From assembly GCA_964443495.1 (NCBI GenBank), contig CAYUCS010000001.1, positions 277,496 to 341,495 of the forward strand: a stretch of 64,000 nt of DNA. The letters are read 5' to 3'. The translations under genes and the position numbers were made by a program. The notes beneath the pieces are model-generated. The model did not search any database. It saw nothing but the letters and a program-made list of their open reading frames with translations, and had not been told where the DNA came from. Below are positions 10,501 to 17,919 of the stretch, piece after piece (position 1 is the stretch's first letter; every line of letters begins with the position of its first letter). This DNA is from an uncultured Gammaproteobacteria bacterium. GTDB lineage: Bacteria; Patescibacteriota; Patescibacteriia; Patescibacteriales; GWE2-39-37.

Positions 10501-13500
10501 GCCTTTATTATGAGCTGATCACTGACGCCAGCACATTCCGCTCGTCAACTGTCAGGCCGACCAGTACCTGCTCTTATGGCACGACCTTTGCTGCCTGCGC
10601 TTCCAAAGTCTGGGCTGCCACCTCGACTATCGGCGATTACCGCTATTCGGCCTTCGCTACCACGACCAGCATCACGGCCTTGCCGCAGGATTATAGCGGT
10701 TACAAATGGCAAGTCATCGCCTGCGACGACTCGGCGGCTTGTTCGCTTTGGAGCAAGTTCGGGCCGAACCCTAATTTCAAGGTCGATCTGACGGCACCGA
10801 CGCCGCCAGGCAGGCTGACGCTCGACAGCAAGAGTGTCACCAGCATCACGCTGGCGTTCGGGTCCTCCACTACTGAAGCCAATTTCGACCACTATAGGAT
10901 CTATTACAAGAAAGGAACGACGACGGTGAGCGAGTCCGATTATCAGCACACGGACAATGACCTCGGTTTTATTGATTATAACGGCACTGCTACCACCACC
11001 GTCACTTCGCTGACGGCCGGCTCGTCTTATGTCTTCAACATCTGGGCTTATGACCTGGCCGGCAACAAATCGAGCTCGACCCAGGTGTTGGTAGCCACCA
11101 CTACCAGTTCATTTACTCCGCCAGTAGGCACGATCATTACTACCGCTCAGAAAACCGACGGCTCGGGCGCGATCGACTTCACGATTTCTGCGTCCGATCC
11201 GGATAACGATGACACTTTGCGGGCCAAGATCGAATACGTCGCCGGCGTCGGCTGCAACTTCGCCTCGCCGCTCAAGGCCACGATCGACGGCACTGATGCC
11301 AACACCACCGCGACTTATGGCGACCCGAAAGTCGATCAGGCCTCGGCATACCAGGTCGGTACCTCGAGCGGTTGGATCTGGACTTCGCTTGGGGCCAATT
11401 TCGTCCTGTTCGATTGGCTTTCTAAAAGCGATATTCCTAACGTCAACGCGACTTATTGCGTGCGGTTGACCGTCAACGACGGGCTATTCGATCAGGCGAC
11501 ATCATCGACCAAGCTGATCCTGATCGACAATGTAGATCCGGCTGATCCGGGCAATCTGTCGCAGGTCGGCAAGAATCATAGTTCCGTACGCTTAGGCTTC
11601 GGCGCCCCGAGCTCCGACACCAATTTCGCCCGTTATCGTCTTTTCTATTCGACAAGCTCGCCGGTGACGGAGGCGGACATGGAGCAGTCCGACGGCAATT
11701 TGAACAACGTCGGATACAACGGAGCTACCACCACTCTGGTTTCCGGGCTGATTCCTGACACCCAATATTACTTCAAGCTCTGGGCTTATGACGATTATGG
11801 CAACAAGGCCAGCTCGTCGCAGCTCGCCGTCAGGACCAACGCCTATCCGTATAACCTGGCAATCGGCGGGCAATTCAAGAGCGATGACAGCTCGCTAGCC
11901 AATGGCGCTTGGACGCCGGAGAATCAGATCAGGCTGTCGGCCTGGGCCAATGATCCTGACGCTTCTGAGGTGCTGACTCTATATTTCGAATTTTTGCCGA
12001 ACACAGGTTCGTTCAAGACGGCGACGACCGTTCCGTCCGGCGCCTGCGTTTATGGCGCGGCTTACAATTCCTGCGCTTCCAAGATCTGGTTCGTGTCATC
12101 GAGTTCGCCGGCTGATTACTCGGTCAATCCTTTCCGCGCCACGTCCAGCATTACCGGCATTCCCGACAGCGTCAGCGGTTACAAGTGGCAGGTTTTGGCA
12201 TGCGATGACGATGGCACTTGCACTAATTGGCAAACATTCAATGCGGCGACACCGAACGTCAAGGTTGATACGACTGCTCCGACCGTACCTGGAGCCCTGA
12301 CTTTCAACTCGAAGACCAGTACCGAGGTCACCTTGGCTTTCGGCTCTTCGACGGTCGAGACTAATTTCAGCCAGTACAAGATCTTTTATTCAACTTCGAC
12401 GCCGGTCACTGCCACTTCGAGCGAGCATACCGATGCCAATCTCAGCTTCATTAACTACAATGGCGCAACATTGACGACAATCCCGAACCTGTCGCCTAAT
12501 ACCCAGTATTATTTCAACATTTGGGCTTATGATCTGGCGGGCCTGTTCGCCACTTCGACCGAGATCGCAGTTACGACCAATCCGACTGTTTCGACTCCGG
12601 GCGTTTATTTTTACACCAAGAACACCCGCACCTTGTTCTATCGGGTCTGGGACGGCACGAACTGGGGCGGAGAACAGTCGGGGCCGACCTTGGGCAGCGC
12701 TGCCGGAGACAACATCCGCCATATCGAATCGATCCGTTCCGACGACGGCGGCAAGGTGGCGGTCGTTGCCAAGACCTGGGACGGCACCAATCAGGAGTGG
12801 TGGGGCACGGTCTATCGCGTGGCGGCCAACAATTTCGCGACCTCATCGATACTGGGTACGGCCTTGAACAGTGCGACTTATAATACGATCCTTAACGGCT
12901 GCTTGGGCAGCTTGTCTGGCGGCGACTTCTTCGTTGTCAGGAATAACAACGCCGCAAACGGCACTTTGGTTTATTCCTGGAACGCGGTTTCAGGCTGGGT
13001 GTCCGAAGGAGCAGGCCCGAATCCGATCGCCGTTCTGACCGGCTGCAGGCTGACTCGCAGGCCGAGTTCCGACAACTACCTATTGACGACTTTCGATAAC
13101 GCTTCCGACGTGGGCAGTGCATATTATACCGGAACTTCGACTTATTCCAACTCTTGGACGACCTGGAATGAGCATTCGACCAATGAGAATAATGCCAGCA
13201 ACTTCGTCGGCGAAGCTTTTTTCGATCCGGGCGACAACACACGTGGCGCTATCAATTATTCCAATAGCGCTACCAATGCCTATACGAATGCCAAGAATTT
13301 CTTGGCCGATGGGACGAGTATCGCTTACGGTTCGGCTTCGACCAGCCCGCAGTCAGCACCGGACAACTGGAGCGCGGCGTTTTCACAGGGCAAATTCTCG
13401 GCTGATTTCGGCAGTATCGGCTTGGCGTATTTCGCCGGCCGCGATACGGGCGACCAGTTGAACGTATATAAAGTCGATATCACCAATGGCACGCCCGAAT

Positions 13501-16500
13501 GGTCGACGGTGACGAACGGCGACAATATCTCAGCCGCCACGCTTTACCCGGAAACGAACTTTGCGCAGATGCCCTTCGATATCGCTTTTTATAAGTATTT
13601 CAGGGGTGTGGTTACCTGGAACGGGACGTCATCAACGACGCCGAAATACCGCATCCTGAACTCGACCACTAACACTATCGATGCGGTCGATACGGCCGTG
13701 CAAGGCGCGACTTCATCGATCTGGACCAGGGTCAGGCTGTATAAGGATCCGAACGAGATCGAACTGCTGGCGGCTTATCAGAGCACGGCCATTAATTACG
13801 GCGCTGTCTTCTTCAACGGCGCCTCGAACCAATTCTATAGCGCTGGAAACCAGGCCTGGATCAACATCGCTACGAACGCCGGCGCTTTCAGCGCCAACGA
13901 TGCCGCCACCTCTTTCACTTATACTGCGGGCAATTCCGCGCCTAACACCCCGACCGCTTTGCTGCAACAGAGAAGCGATGCCAGCACCACGATCGCCAAT
14001 GGCAGCTGGACTAATGAGAATCAGGTCTATATCGGCGCCAGCGCCATCGACCCTGATACGAGCGAAGTCATCACGCTTTACACTCAGCTTGTGACCAGCA
14101 CTTCGGCTTTCGCCACCAGCACCGGCCTGCCATCCGGAGCCTGCTCCTGGGGCACGGCTTACAATTCATGCGCCTCGAAGATCTGGTTCGTGGCTTCGAG
14201 CACGGCGGGAGATTATAGCGTCAACCCCTATTCCAACAAGGTCAGCATTACGGGCTTACCCGATTCCGCCACCGGCTACAAATGGCAGGTAATCGCTTGT
14301 GACGATTCTACGGCCACAGCCACCGCCTGCTCCAATTGGGTCGCCTTCAATCCGACCCAGCCGAACTTCAAGGTCGATACGACGGCGCCGACAGCCCCGG
14401 GTGCGCTGACCGTTACCTCCAAGAACAGCAACAGCGTCACCTTGCGTTTCGGCGCGGCAACGACCGAGGCCAACTTCTATGCGTATAAGATATTTTATAA
14501 GGCCGGCGCTTCCGGCGTGACGGAAGCGGATACGCTGTGGGGAACGTCGAGCGATGCGAACCTCGGTTACATCAATTATAACGGCGCCACTACGAGCGTG
14601 GTAATCAACCTGGCCTCAACCACGCAATACGTCTTTAACATCTGGGCTTATGACCTGGCCGGCAACAAGGCGACCGCTACGCCGGAGGTTTCGACCACGA
14701 CCAGCGTCGGTCCGATCATGGCGCAGACTTCGTATGTCTTCGAGAATGACGACGGCGCCAACGTCAATTCCAATTCGACATCGACCGTTCCTTCGACCAC
14801 CTTGGCTAATCTGAACCGGGGCGAGCGCTTCAATGCCCGCATCCAGATCGAGAACCGCGGCGGCGATACGAGCGGCAGCAAGGTTTATAAGCTGCAGTAT
14901 GAGAATCAGACCGACGCCCCTGGAACCTGGAACGACGTTTCCAATAACTCCGGCATCGCTTACGGGCTCGGCTTATCCGGCGCTGACGGCGATGCCATTA
15001 CTGGCAGCAAGGCCAGCGCCAACGCGAATGCTTGGGTCAATGGCAGCTGGCACGAGGGTACGGGCCTGACGGCTGCCAAGACATTGGCCAACGGGCAATA
15101 CACCGAGTATGTCTTCGCCCTGCGGACCAACAACGCGCTGACCGGCAAGACTTATCGTTTGCGCCTCTACAACAACACTGATAACAAAGTTTTAGAGGTT
15201 TATAGCAATTATCCGAGCGTTTCGATCGTGGCCAGCGAAACGGTCAGGCATTCGAAGGGCAATTACCCGAGCTTACCGACCGGCACGACCGACCTGACGT
15301 ATTATCTCGACCGTAAGGGCTATAATGACATCTCGGCTGACGACAATGCCAACCGCGATCCGTTAACGGTCGCGGCCCAGTATCCGATCTTCAATTTCGT
15401 GACCAAGAATTCGACCAATACCCAGGCTATTACTGCTACTTGGAACGGCCAGTCGTCAATCAACTCATCATCGTCGAACATGTATCTGCAGGTTTACCGT
15501 TTCGGCACGACCAATGCTTGGGTGACAGTCGATCTGGAAACGACCTTTTTTGCCAACACCGACTTCACCATGACGGCCAATCTCAATTCCAGGTTGTCGG
15601 AATATTATGACGGCTCGAACTGGACTTATTGGCGCGTTTATCAGGATGCGGGCAACGAGACGCTGCGTACCGATCATTTCACGGCCACCTTCACCGCTCC
15701 GGTCGCCGAGACCTGGCAGAAGCACTATCGCTGGCGCTCCAATTTCGGCAATGAAACGACCGCCTACTGGCTTGAAGCCGAAGACGTCGGCAGTCCGACC
15801 GCCTCGACCTCGCTCCAAAAGAACGTGACGACACGCTTGCGCTTGTCGGCGGCCAATACCGGCGGCGGAGCAGCCAATCAGCAGTATCAGATCCAGTACG
15901 CGACCACGACCGGCAACTGCGCCACCGACCCGGGCGGCTGGGCAGCGATTCCGACTTCGACGACATTGGCTTTCCGCATGTCCACGACTACGACCATCAA
16001 TAACGGATCAAGCACGACGCAGCAGCTGTCGAATTCCGAGGGCTACACCTTCGTGGCCGGACGCCTGGTCAAGGATCCTTCGAACAGAGCCGCAGCCACG
16101 ACCCTAGCCGAATCAAGATACACTGAAATGGAGTTCGCCTTCTTCGCCACCAATAACGCCGTGGATAATACGACCTATTGCTTCAGGATGACGGATAACG
16201 GTACGCCTCTCGACCATTACGATCGGTTCGCCGAATTGACCGTCAATCCGAACGCCAATGCGGCACCGACTTTCGTCGTCGATCCTTCTGATAACGGCTC
16301 GGCGACCACGACGCCGACGAATTTCGGCACCCAAGTCACATTCAACGCTACGGCCGAAGATACTGACAACGACAGCTATTATCTGGCAATCTGCCAGACC
16401 AACAGCGTCGCGCCGGGCAACGACGCGCCGCCGATCTGCGCGGGCGGCAGCTGGTGCATCTCGAGCCTGTCTTCGAGTACGCAGGAAGCGACGTGCAATT

Positions 16501-17819
16501 ACACGACGGCCACCACGAGCGAATCTTTGGCCTGGTACGGCTTCGCTTGCGACAAGAAGGCTGGCGTGGGCGTCGGACGCTGCTCGGCGGTTTCCCAAGG
16601 CAACTGGGGGACTGATGACGATTCGCCGTTCGCCATCAACCATCCGCCGACCTTCACCAGCATCACGACCTCGATCGATAATCAAAACCCCGGCGGTACG
16701 TTCTCGATAACGACAGTCTCACAGGATACCGATGTCTTGGGCAGCGCCGATACCTTGACCTTGTTCGTCTGTTCGACCAGTACTGCCACCTTCTCAGGCT
16801 GCGCCGGCGGGGCGGGCAACACCGTCTGTTCAGCCGTGGCGACGAGCTCGCCCAATGCCAGGTGCAGCTTCACCGATACGGCGCCGACGCCAGCCGGCCC
16901 AAAGACTTATTACGGCTTCTTGTTCGACAGCCACAACATGGCAGCGACGGCTAATTACCGTACCAATACCTATACGATCAATAATGTCGCGCCTGTTCTT
17001 GGCAGTCTTGTTTTGAATGGAGGCGTCGATATTGATTTGAATAGCAAGGGTGCTGGCGACAAGATGATATCGACAATCAATACCTCTGTCACCGACCAGA
17101 ATGGTTGTGCTACCGGCCTGGTCAGCGCTACGGCCGTTATTTATATGTCGAATGCCACCAATGGGAGTAACTGTACGGCCAACGACAATGACTGTTATCA
17201 GATTACGACCGGCAATTGCGTCAAGAGTAGTTGTGTTGATGATAATGACACGACTGCCACTTACAGCTGTACTGCGGGAATGAAGCATTTTGCCATCCCG
17301 ACTTGGGGCGACGGTTCAGATGGAAATCCTAACTCAACCTATAATTGGGTTTCACGATTGCAAGTATATGACGGTTCAAATTATGCTGCTACCAGTTCTC
17401 TTGGAATTGAAGTGAAGCCTAGTCAGGTTTTAGAGGTGGCTGAAGCATTAATAGATTACGGCAGCAATCTTTTTGCTGGCGATGATACTGGAACTTCAAG
17501 TAAGATAACTACTGTAATTAATTATGGGAACATTCCTATCAATACCAGCATGTACGGCACAGACATGGTAGGCGCGCCGACCGGCACTCTGGCAGTAACT
17601 CAGCAGAAGTGGTCTTTGACACCGAGTTTTGATTATCCGGTCGGCACTTCGCTTACGGACACCTCTCAAACAGTCAATACTAATTTGCCCAAGCCCACTT
17701 CAACGGCTGATGTATCAAGAAGAATCTATTGGGGAATCGGCATACCGTTCGGCGCTGAGTCTTCAGCCTATTCGGGCGCGAATTGGTTCGAAGCCTTGTT
17801 GGATTTTGCGGGATGGTAA
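4557..17819 (+). CDS. Giant (4420 aa) N-terminally anchored, modular cell-surface protein (putative adhesin)
   Basis: A single uninterrupted ORF. N-terminal hydrophobic helix: LLFRILVVFVLISASFGLF. A Pro/Glu/Thr-rich spacer lies at nt ~4870-5110. There are five FN3-like modules, two copies of module A, three of module B and three of module C, a W-rich repeat region, and a Cys-rich C-terminal module shared with ORF 22851-24593. No catalytic motif was recognised. Confidence 0.9.
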   Translation: MLVTSEKNKNLLFRILVVFVLISASFGLFHAASTPAKAQGQASQTSRLNIFPGAFVPVADQSGSSWQKVGNAFVNDLSENADLGEFNQDNSALIMNAVPGSPESSSGSGAGAPSEAVPPAQDGTGAPTPAVVPTPEPSAERAEPSVEKPIETPTEPPATVPETPQVPGEVETQPATEQVQPAADAPTASEPLSLLIKGFFGTLMPDFFGGLKDAGISVTALAANFSKSGTASAQDKDEALSAGTSASSTAASEGAAYLPHDMVLKDFSLPGSFSSSTIANVQLRLSLAAQSNVAEDRLKIYYTLGENWEEMGSLDLSDQISNQSNNGYFLFGLPIFESWDDLEKLRVKISYLEAQTGDEHRAVEAYVDGAWLEVDYEGAEKAAVISEAEPDKDKQKSDEFTLDLISGKDNFKTADDPEFNFLFQRKQGMIGKAISEVLGTFWDQYGDIGIEAVIIDAGGKRTPVETSVDYLADGEFRVKLKNQMRYVRPGKYSIELKIRDGDKIYTQTQDFSWGVLAINSNKSAYLPGETAFLQMATLDDLGNTICDADLFLEIMAPDGGVAYLNTGNDLVARNSACGPNNVIDTPDYYAHYNVGAAGAYQVKLIARTANGNKEISDSFEVREAVPFDIERVGPTRIYPLADYKMRVNIRANEDYSGDVKEVIPGPFKVVSQEVMLNGSVMERPPELSVANDGHDGIALTWRGVKLKQYDSLSIVYEFDAPDISPEFYLLGPLSVGSFVETRKWQIASDAVGVYVANAGSNVGWTNATRAWDSVNNQYASRDIPPNGANDSANYLKATANNAVDLGGTITQVEIGVEGYVERTSVSAWLRPLLNGTATGTAQRIPGTSLGTSDSGTTFYVDITSASPTWTWANIQNLDILVHGSSTNTSNRFLYIDQIRLRVTYTPPNSAPVGALNSAAQKTDGSGKVDIAFNVSDVDGDTSKAKLEYVAGSACDFTSPSDPTIDASTTATFGAPVVDNASAYQVGTTTGWILTASGTNTVNVDWNAKTDLPTADGTYCLRLTANDKVDDQTAPATTTLVIDNSAPTAPGQLTATTSSAGNGAQLSFGATSTDSNFGEYRIYYKVGSSGVTETDQTWGKADDSNLGFASYNGATSTVIDDLEPLTTYVFAIWAYDQFGNKSSSSEVTLTTGKAGPIRANSVMFLAGQYSSSDGTTGQQSDTDQTLPAFDFKLAESGARIKNAYLVFEAQYEAYVNNAGNYTGYQLAFDACQQPCTANAFTGTGKVSVTDSTVLSFDETGSNQVRLVFDVTNEAQLASYSGGSSLLSGQVGYSIDRGTAVNSIASAKATLIVTYQYDERYTDSYTNTVIYPLESTVAGDQGTRRAVQADDCTVDSTCPTFSYNMDIPEFGEKISQWFQTYNQNDGNSTADMNANVNIQGTNFDSNTYIHESALGGTQGGSPVIYFYDVSGYAESTDQQLEYHATSPGATLTYYLLGGEVVETYTASTSAAIRTRTVAMPLGVINNGLTNAKTGTSTSVYFPENGQATGTVSIKKAWFRIISNNYNTLANTVTVSTQVGGRAETAGSVYNYNQAGTSNKPSFNTIHVIPAADYAELESANATTPVAVSVYTQNSNNASQGGTSAELVITYSYTTEVFGHLTSLSVPAGQTAVDGNAQSATTSVARFIAPEAPSSKTIVSAGLLVSYLFSDSDAAMAGANLTLDADLSTSSPVCVNAYNSRPDSVNAFTEFYSNVTASMVATNNQEYIACYSNDGGGDTTGGGKMNGILRYVYRYDAPPVQYRQDNWRWYGNADSLAPGAARAGEKATTTGVNLADILRLRLNVGSLSEEAVTSSQAFKLQYGLGSNCGAIASWSDVGTSTSASAWRSYDNAGVADGSSTAAALLSTSARFESYEEDNPSVLNPQALAEDEYGEWDWVLYDNAATSSSDYCFRMVKSDGTPLTNYGSYPILTTAASNTAPGLPDNLIQYIGPAGTTTIPNQGWINQATVRFLSQANDVNINESVGLYYELITDASTFRSSTVRPTSTCSYGTTFAACASKVWAATSTIGDYRYSAFATTTSITALPQDYSGYKWQVIACDDSAACSLWSKFGPNPNFKVDLTAPTPPGRLTLDSKSVTSITLAFGSSTTEANFDHYRIYYKKGTTTVSESDYQHTDNDLGFIDYNGTATTTVTSLTAGSSYVFNIWAYDLAGNKSSSTQVLVATTTSSFTPPVGTIITTAQKTDGSGAIDFTISASDPDNDDTLRAKIEYVAGVGCNFASPLKATIDGTDANTTATYGDPKVDQASAYQVGTSSGWIWTSLGANFVLFDWLSKSDIPNVNATYCVRLTVNDGLFDQATSSTKLILIDNVDPADPGNLSQVGKNHSSVRLGFGAPSSDTNFARYRLFYSTSSPVTEADMEQSDGNLNNVGYNGATTTLVSGLIPDTQYYFKLWAYDDYGNKASSSQLAVRTNAYPYNLAIGGQFKSDDSSLANGAWTPENQIRLSAWANDPDASEVLTLYFEFLPNTGSFKTATTVPSGACVYGAAYNSCASKIWFVSSSSPADYSVNPFRATSSITGIPDSVSGYKWQVLACDDDGTCTNWQTFNAATPNVKVDTTAPTVPGALTFNSKTSTEVTLAFGSSTVETNFSQYKIFYSTSTPVTATSSEHTDANLSFINYNGATLTTIPNLSPNTQYYFNIWAYDLAGLFATSTEIAVTTNPTVSTPGVYFYTKNTRTLFYRVWDGTNWGGEQSGPTLGSAAGDNIRHIESIRSDDGGKVAVVAKTWDGTNQEWWGTVYRVAANNFATSSILGTALNSATYNTILNGCLGSLSGGDFFVVRNNNAANGTLVYSWNAVSGWVSEGAGPNPIAVLTGCRLTRRPSSDNYLLTTFDNASDVGSAYYTGTSTYSNSWTTWNEHSTNENNASNFVGEAFFDPGDNTRGAINYSNSATNAYTNAKNFLADGTSIAYGSASTSPQSAPDNWSAAFSQGKFSADFGSIGLAYFAGRDTGDQLNVYKVDITNGTPEWSTVTNGDNISAATLYPETNFAQMPFDIAFYKYFRGVVTWNGTSSTTPKYRILNSTTNTIDAVDTAVQGATSSIWTRVRLYKDPNEIELLAAYQSTAINYGAVFFNGASNQFYSAGNQAWINIATNAGAFSANDAATSFTYTAGNSAPNTPTALLQQRSDASTTIANGSWTNENQVYIGASAIDPDTSEVITLYTQLVTSTSAFATSTGLPSGACSWGTAYNSCASKIWFVASSTAGDYSVNPYSNKVSITGLPDSATGYKWQVIACDDSTATATACSNWVAFNPTQPNFKVDTTAPTAPGALTVTSKNSNSVTLRFGAATTEANFYAYKIFYKAGASGVTEADTLWGTSSDANLGYINYNGATTSVVINLASTTQYVFNIWAYDLAGNKATATPEVSTTTSVGPIMAQTSYVFENDDGANVNSNSTSTVPSTTLANLNRGERFNARIQIENRGGDTSGSKVYKLQYENQTDAPGTWNDVSNNSGIAYGLGLSGADGDAITGSKASANANAWVNGSWHEGTGLTAAKTLANGQYTEYVFALRTNNALTGKTYRLRLYNNTDNKVLEVYSNYPSVSIVASETVRHSKGNYPSLPTGTTDLTYYLDRKGYNDISADDNANRDPLTVAAQYPIFNFVTKNSTNTQAITATWNGQSSINSSSSNMYLQVYRFGTTNAWVTVDLETTFFANTDFTMTANLNSRLSEYYDGSNWTYWRVYQDAGNETLRTDHFTATFTAPVAETWQKHYRWRSNFGNETTAYWLEAEDVGSPTASTSLQKNVTTRLRLSAANTGGGAANQQYQIQYATTTGNCATDPGGWAAIPTSTTLAFRMSTTTTINNGSSTTQQLSNSEGYTFVAGRLVKDPSNRAAATTLAESRYTEMEFAFFATNNAVDNTTYCFRMTDNGTPLDHYDRFAELTVNPNANAAPTFVVDPSDNGSATTTPTNFGTQVTFNATAEDTDNDSYYLAICQTNSVAPGNDAPPICAGGSWCISSLSSSTQEATCNYTTATTSESLAWYGFACDKKAGVGVGRCSAVSQGNWGTDDDSPFAINHPPTFTSITTSIDNQNPGGTFSITTVSQDTDVLGSADTLTLFVCSTSTATFSGCAGGAGNTVCSAVATSSPNARCSFTDTAPTPAGPKTYYGFLFDSHNMAATANYRTNTYTINNVAPVLGSLVLNGGVDIDLNSKGAGDKMISTINTSVTDQNGCATGLVSATAVIYMSNATNGSNCTANDNDCYQITTGNCVKSSCVDDNDTTATYSCTAGMKHFAIPTWGDGSDGNPNSTYNWVSRLQVYDGSNYAATSSLGIEVKPSQVLEVAEALIDYGSNLFAGDDTGTSSKITTVINYGNIPINTSMYGTDMVGAPTGTLAVTQQKWSLTPSFDYPVGTSLTDTSQTVNTNLPKPTSTADVSRRIYWGIGIPFGAESSAYSGANWFEALLDFAGW
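7278..7688 (+). repeat. Giant-protein module A, copy 1 (Ig/cadherin-like, AQKTDGSG...DVDGD...LEYV)
   Basis: NSAPVGALNSAAQKTDGSGKVDIAFNVSDVDGDTSKAKLEYVAGSACDF...YCLRLTANDKVDDQ...LVIDNS aligns along its whole length with copy 2. Confidence 0.7.
7689..8006 (+). repeat. FN3-like module 1 of 5
   Basis: APTAPGQLTA...SFGATSTDSNFGEYRIYYK...NGATSTVIDDLEPLTTYVFAIWAYDQFGNKSSSSEVTLTT. The same pattern recurs in all five copies. Confidence 0.75.
9834..10355 (+). repeat. Giant-protein module C, copy 1 (~175 aa, W.W...LRL...QY......W..V...Y.F...D)
   Basis: RQDNWRWYGNADS...LRLRLNVGS...FKLQYGLGSNCGAIASWSDVG...DYCFRMVKSDGTPLTNYGSYPILT is related to the copies at 14724 and 15717. Confidence 0.6.
10356..10793 (+). 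repeat. Giant-protein module B, copy 1 (Cys-containing, ...SGYKWQVIACDD...)
   Basis: NTAPGLPDNL...CSYGTTFAACASKVWA...SGYKWQVIACDDSAACSLWSKFGPNPNFKVDLT, with conserved Cys positions in all three copies. Confidence 0.7.
10794..11102 (+). repeat. FN3-like module 2 of 5
   Basis: APTPPGRLTLDSKSVTSITLAFGSSTTEANFDHYRIYYKKG...SSYVFNIWAYDLAGNKSSSTQVLVATT. Confidence 0.75.
11115..11534 (+). repeat. Giant-protein module A, copy 2
   Basis: TPPVGTIITTAQKTDGSGAIDFTISASDPDNDDTLRAKIEYVAGVGCNF...YCVRLTVNDGLFDQ...LILIDNV. Confidence 0.7.
11535..11840 (+). repeat. FN3-like module 3 of 5
   Basis: DPADPGNLSQVGKNHSSVRLGFGAPSSDTNFARYRLFYS...DTQYYFKLWAYDDYGNKASSSQLAVRTN. Confidence 0.75.
11841..12275 (+). repeat. 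Giant-protein module B, copy 2
   Basis: ...ACVYGAAYNSCASKIWFVSS...SGYKWQVLACDDDGTCTNWQTFNAATPNVKVDTT. Confidence 0.7.
12276..12581 (+). repeat. FN3-like module 4 of 5
   Basis: APTVPGALTFNSKTSTEVTLAFGSSTVETNFSQYKIFYS...NTQYYFNIWAYDLAGLFATSTEIAVTTN. Confidence 0.75.
12582..13928 (+). repeat. W/Y-rich ~50-aa periodic region of the giant protein (possible beta-propeller, possibly lectin-like)
   Basis: Recurring blade-like motifs: YRVWDGTNWGGEQ, AKTWDGTNQEWWGTVYRV, LVYSWNAVSGWVSEG, YSNSWTTWNEHS, YKVDITNGTPEWSTV, GVVTWNGTSS, AVFFNGASNQFYSAGNQAW. Confidence 0.35.
13929..14384 (+). repeat. Giant-protein module B, copy 3
   Basis: ...ACSWGTAYNSCASKIWFVAS...TGYKWQVIACDDSTATATACSNWVAFNPTQPNFKVDTT. Confidence 0.7.
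14385..14702 (+). repeat. FN3-like module 5 of 5
   Basis: APTAPGALTVTSKNSNSVTLRFGAATTEANFYAYKIFYK...TTQYVFNIWAYDLAGNKATATPEVSTTT. Confidence 0.75.
14724..15230 (+). repeat. Giant-protein module C, copy 2
   Basis: QTSYVFENDDGAN...FNARIQIENRGG...YKLQYENQTDAPGTWNDV...YTEYVFALRTNNALTGKTYRLRLYNNTDNKVLEVYSNYPSVSIV. Confidence 0.6.
15717..16244 (+). repeat. Giant-protein module C, copy 3
   Basis: QKHYRWRSNFGNET...TRLRLSAANTGG...YQIQYATTTGNCATDPGGWAAI...YTEMEFAFFATNNAVDNTTYCFRMTDNGTPLDHYDRFAELTV. Confidence 0.6.
16245..17816 (+). repeat. Cys-rich ~520-aa C-terminal module of the giant protein, paralogous to 23031-24590
   Basis: Collinear similarity to ORF 22851-24593 from NAAPTFVVDP.../NAAPAFTVNA... 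through NHPPTFTS/NHAPTFTA, INNVAPV/TNNVAPA, GDGSDGNP in both, to the termini ...RRIYWGIGIP...FAGW and ...RPVYWGIAIP...AGGTW. Confidence 0.8.
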
Positions 17820-17850
17820 AACAAATGATTTTATAGTTTTGACGTGATTG

Positions 17851-17859
17851 TGTTATAAT
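17851..17859 (+). promoter_or_regulatory. Possible extended -10 promoter element (TGtTATAAT) for the FN3/ABC operon
   Basis: tgttataat lies 60 nt upstream of the ATG at 17920. No well-spaced -35 is present (TTGACG is only 9 nt away). Confidence 0.4.
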
Positions 17860-17919
17860 ATCTTGATGATGAGTCATCGCCTCGAACATCGTTCAGGCTT
17901 GCGATAAAAACAAAGATAG

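Noticed and set aside
12582-13928. Possibility that the W-rich region is a separate gene or an insertion disrupting the giant ORF
   Set aside because: The reading frame is continuous on both sides, with no stop, frameshift or flanking direct repeats. It is better treated as an integral domain of the giant protein.
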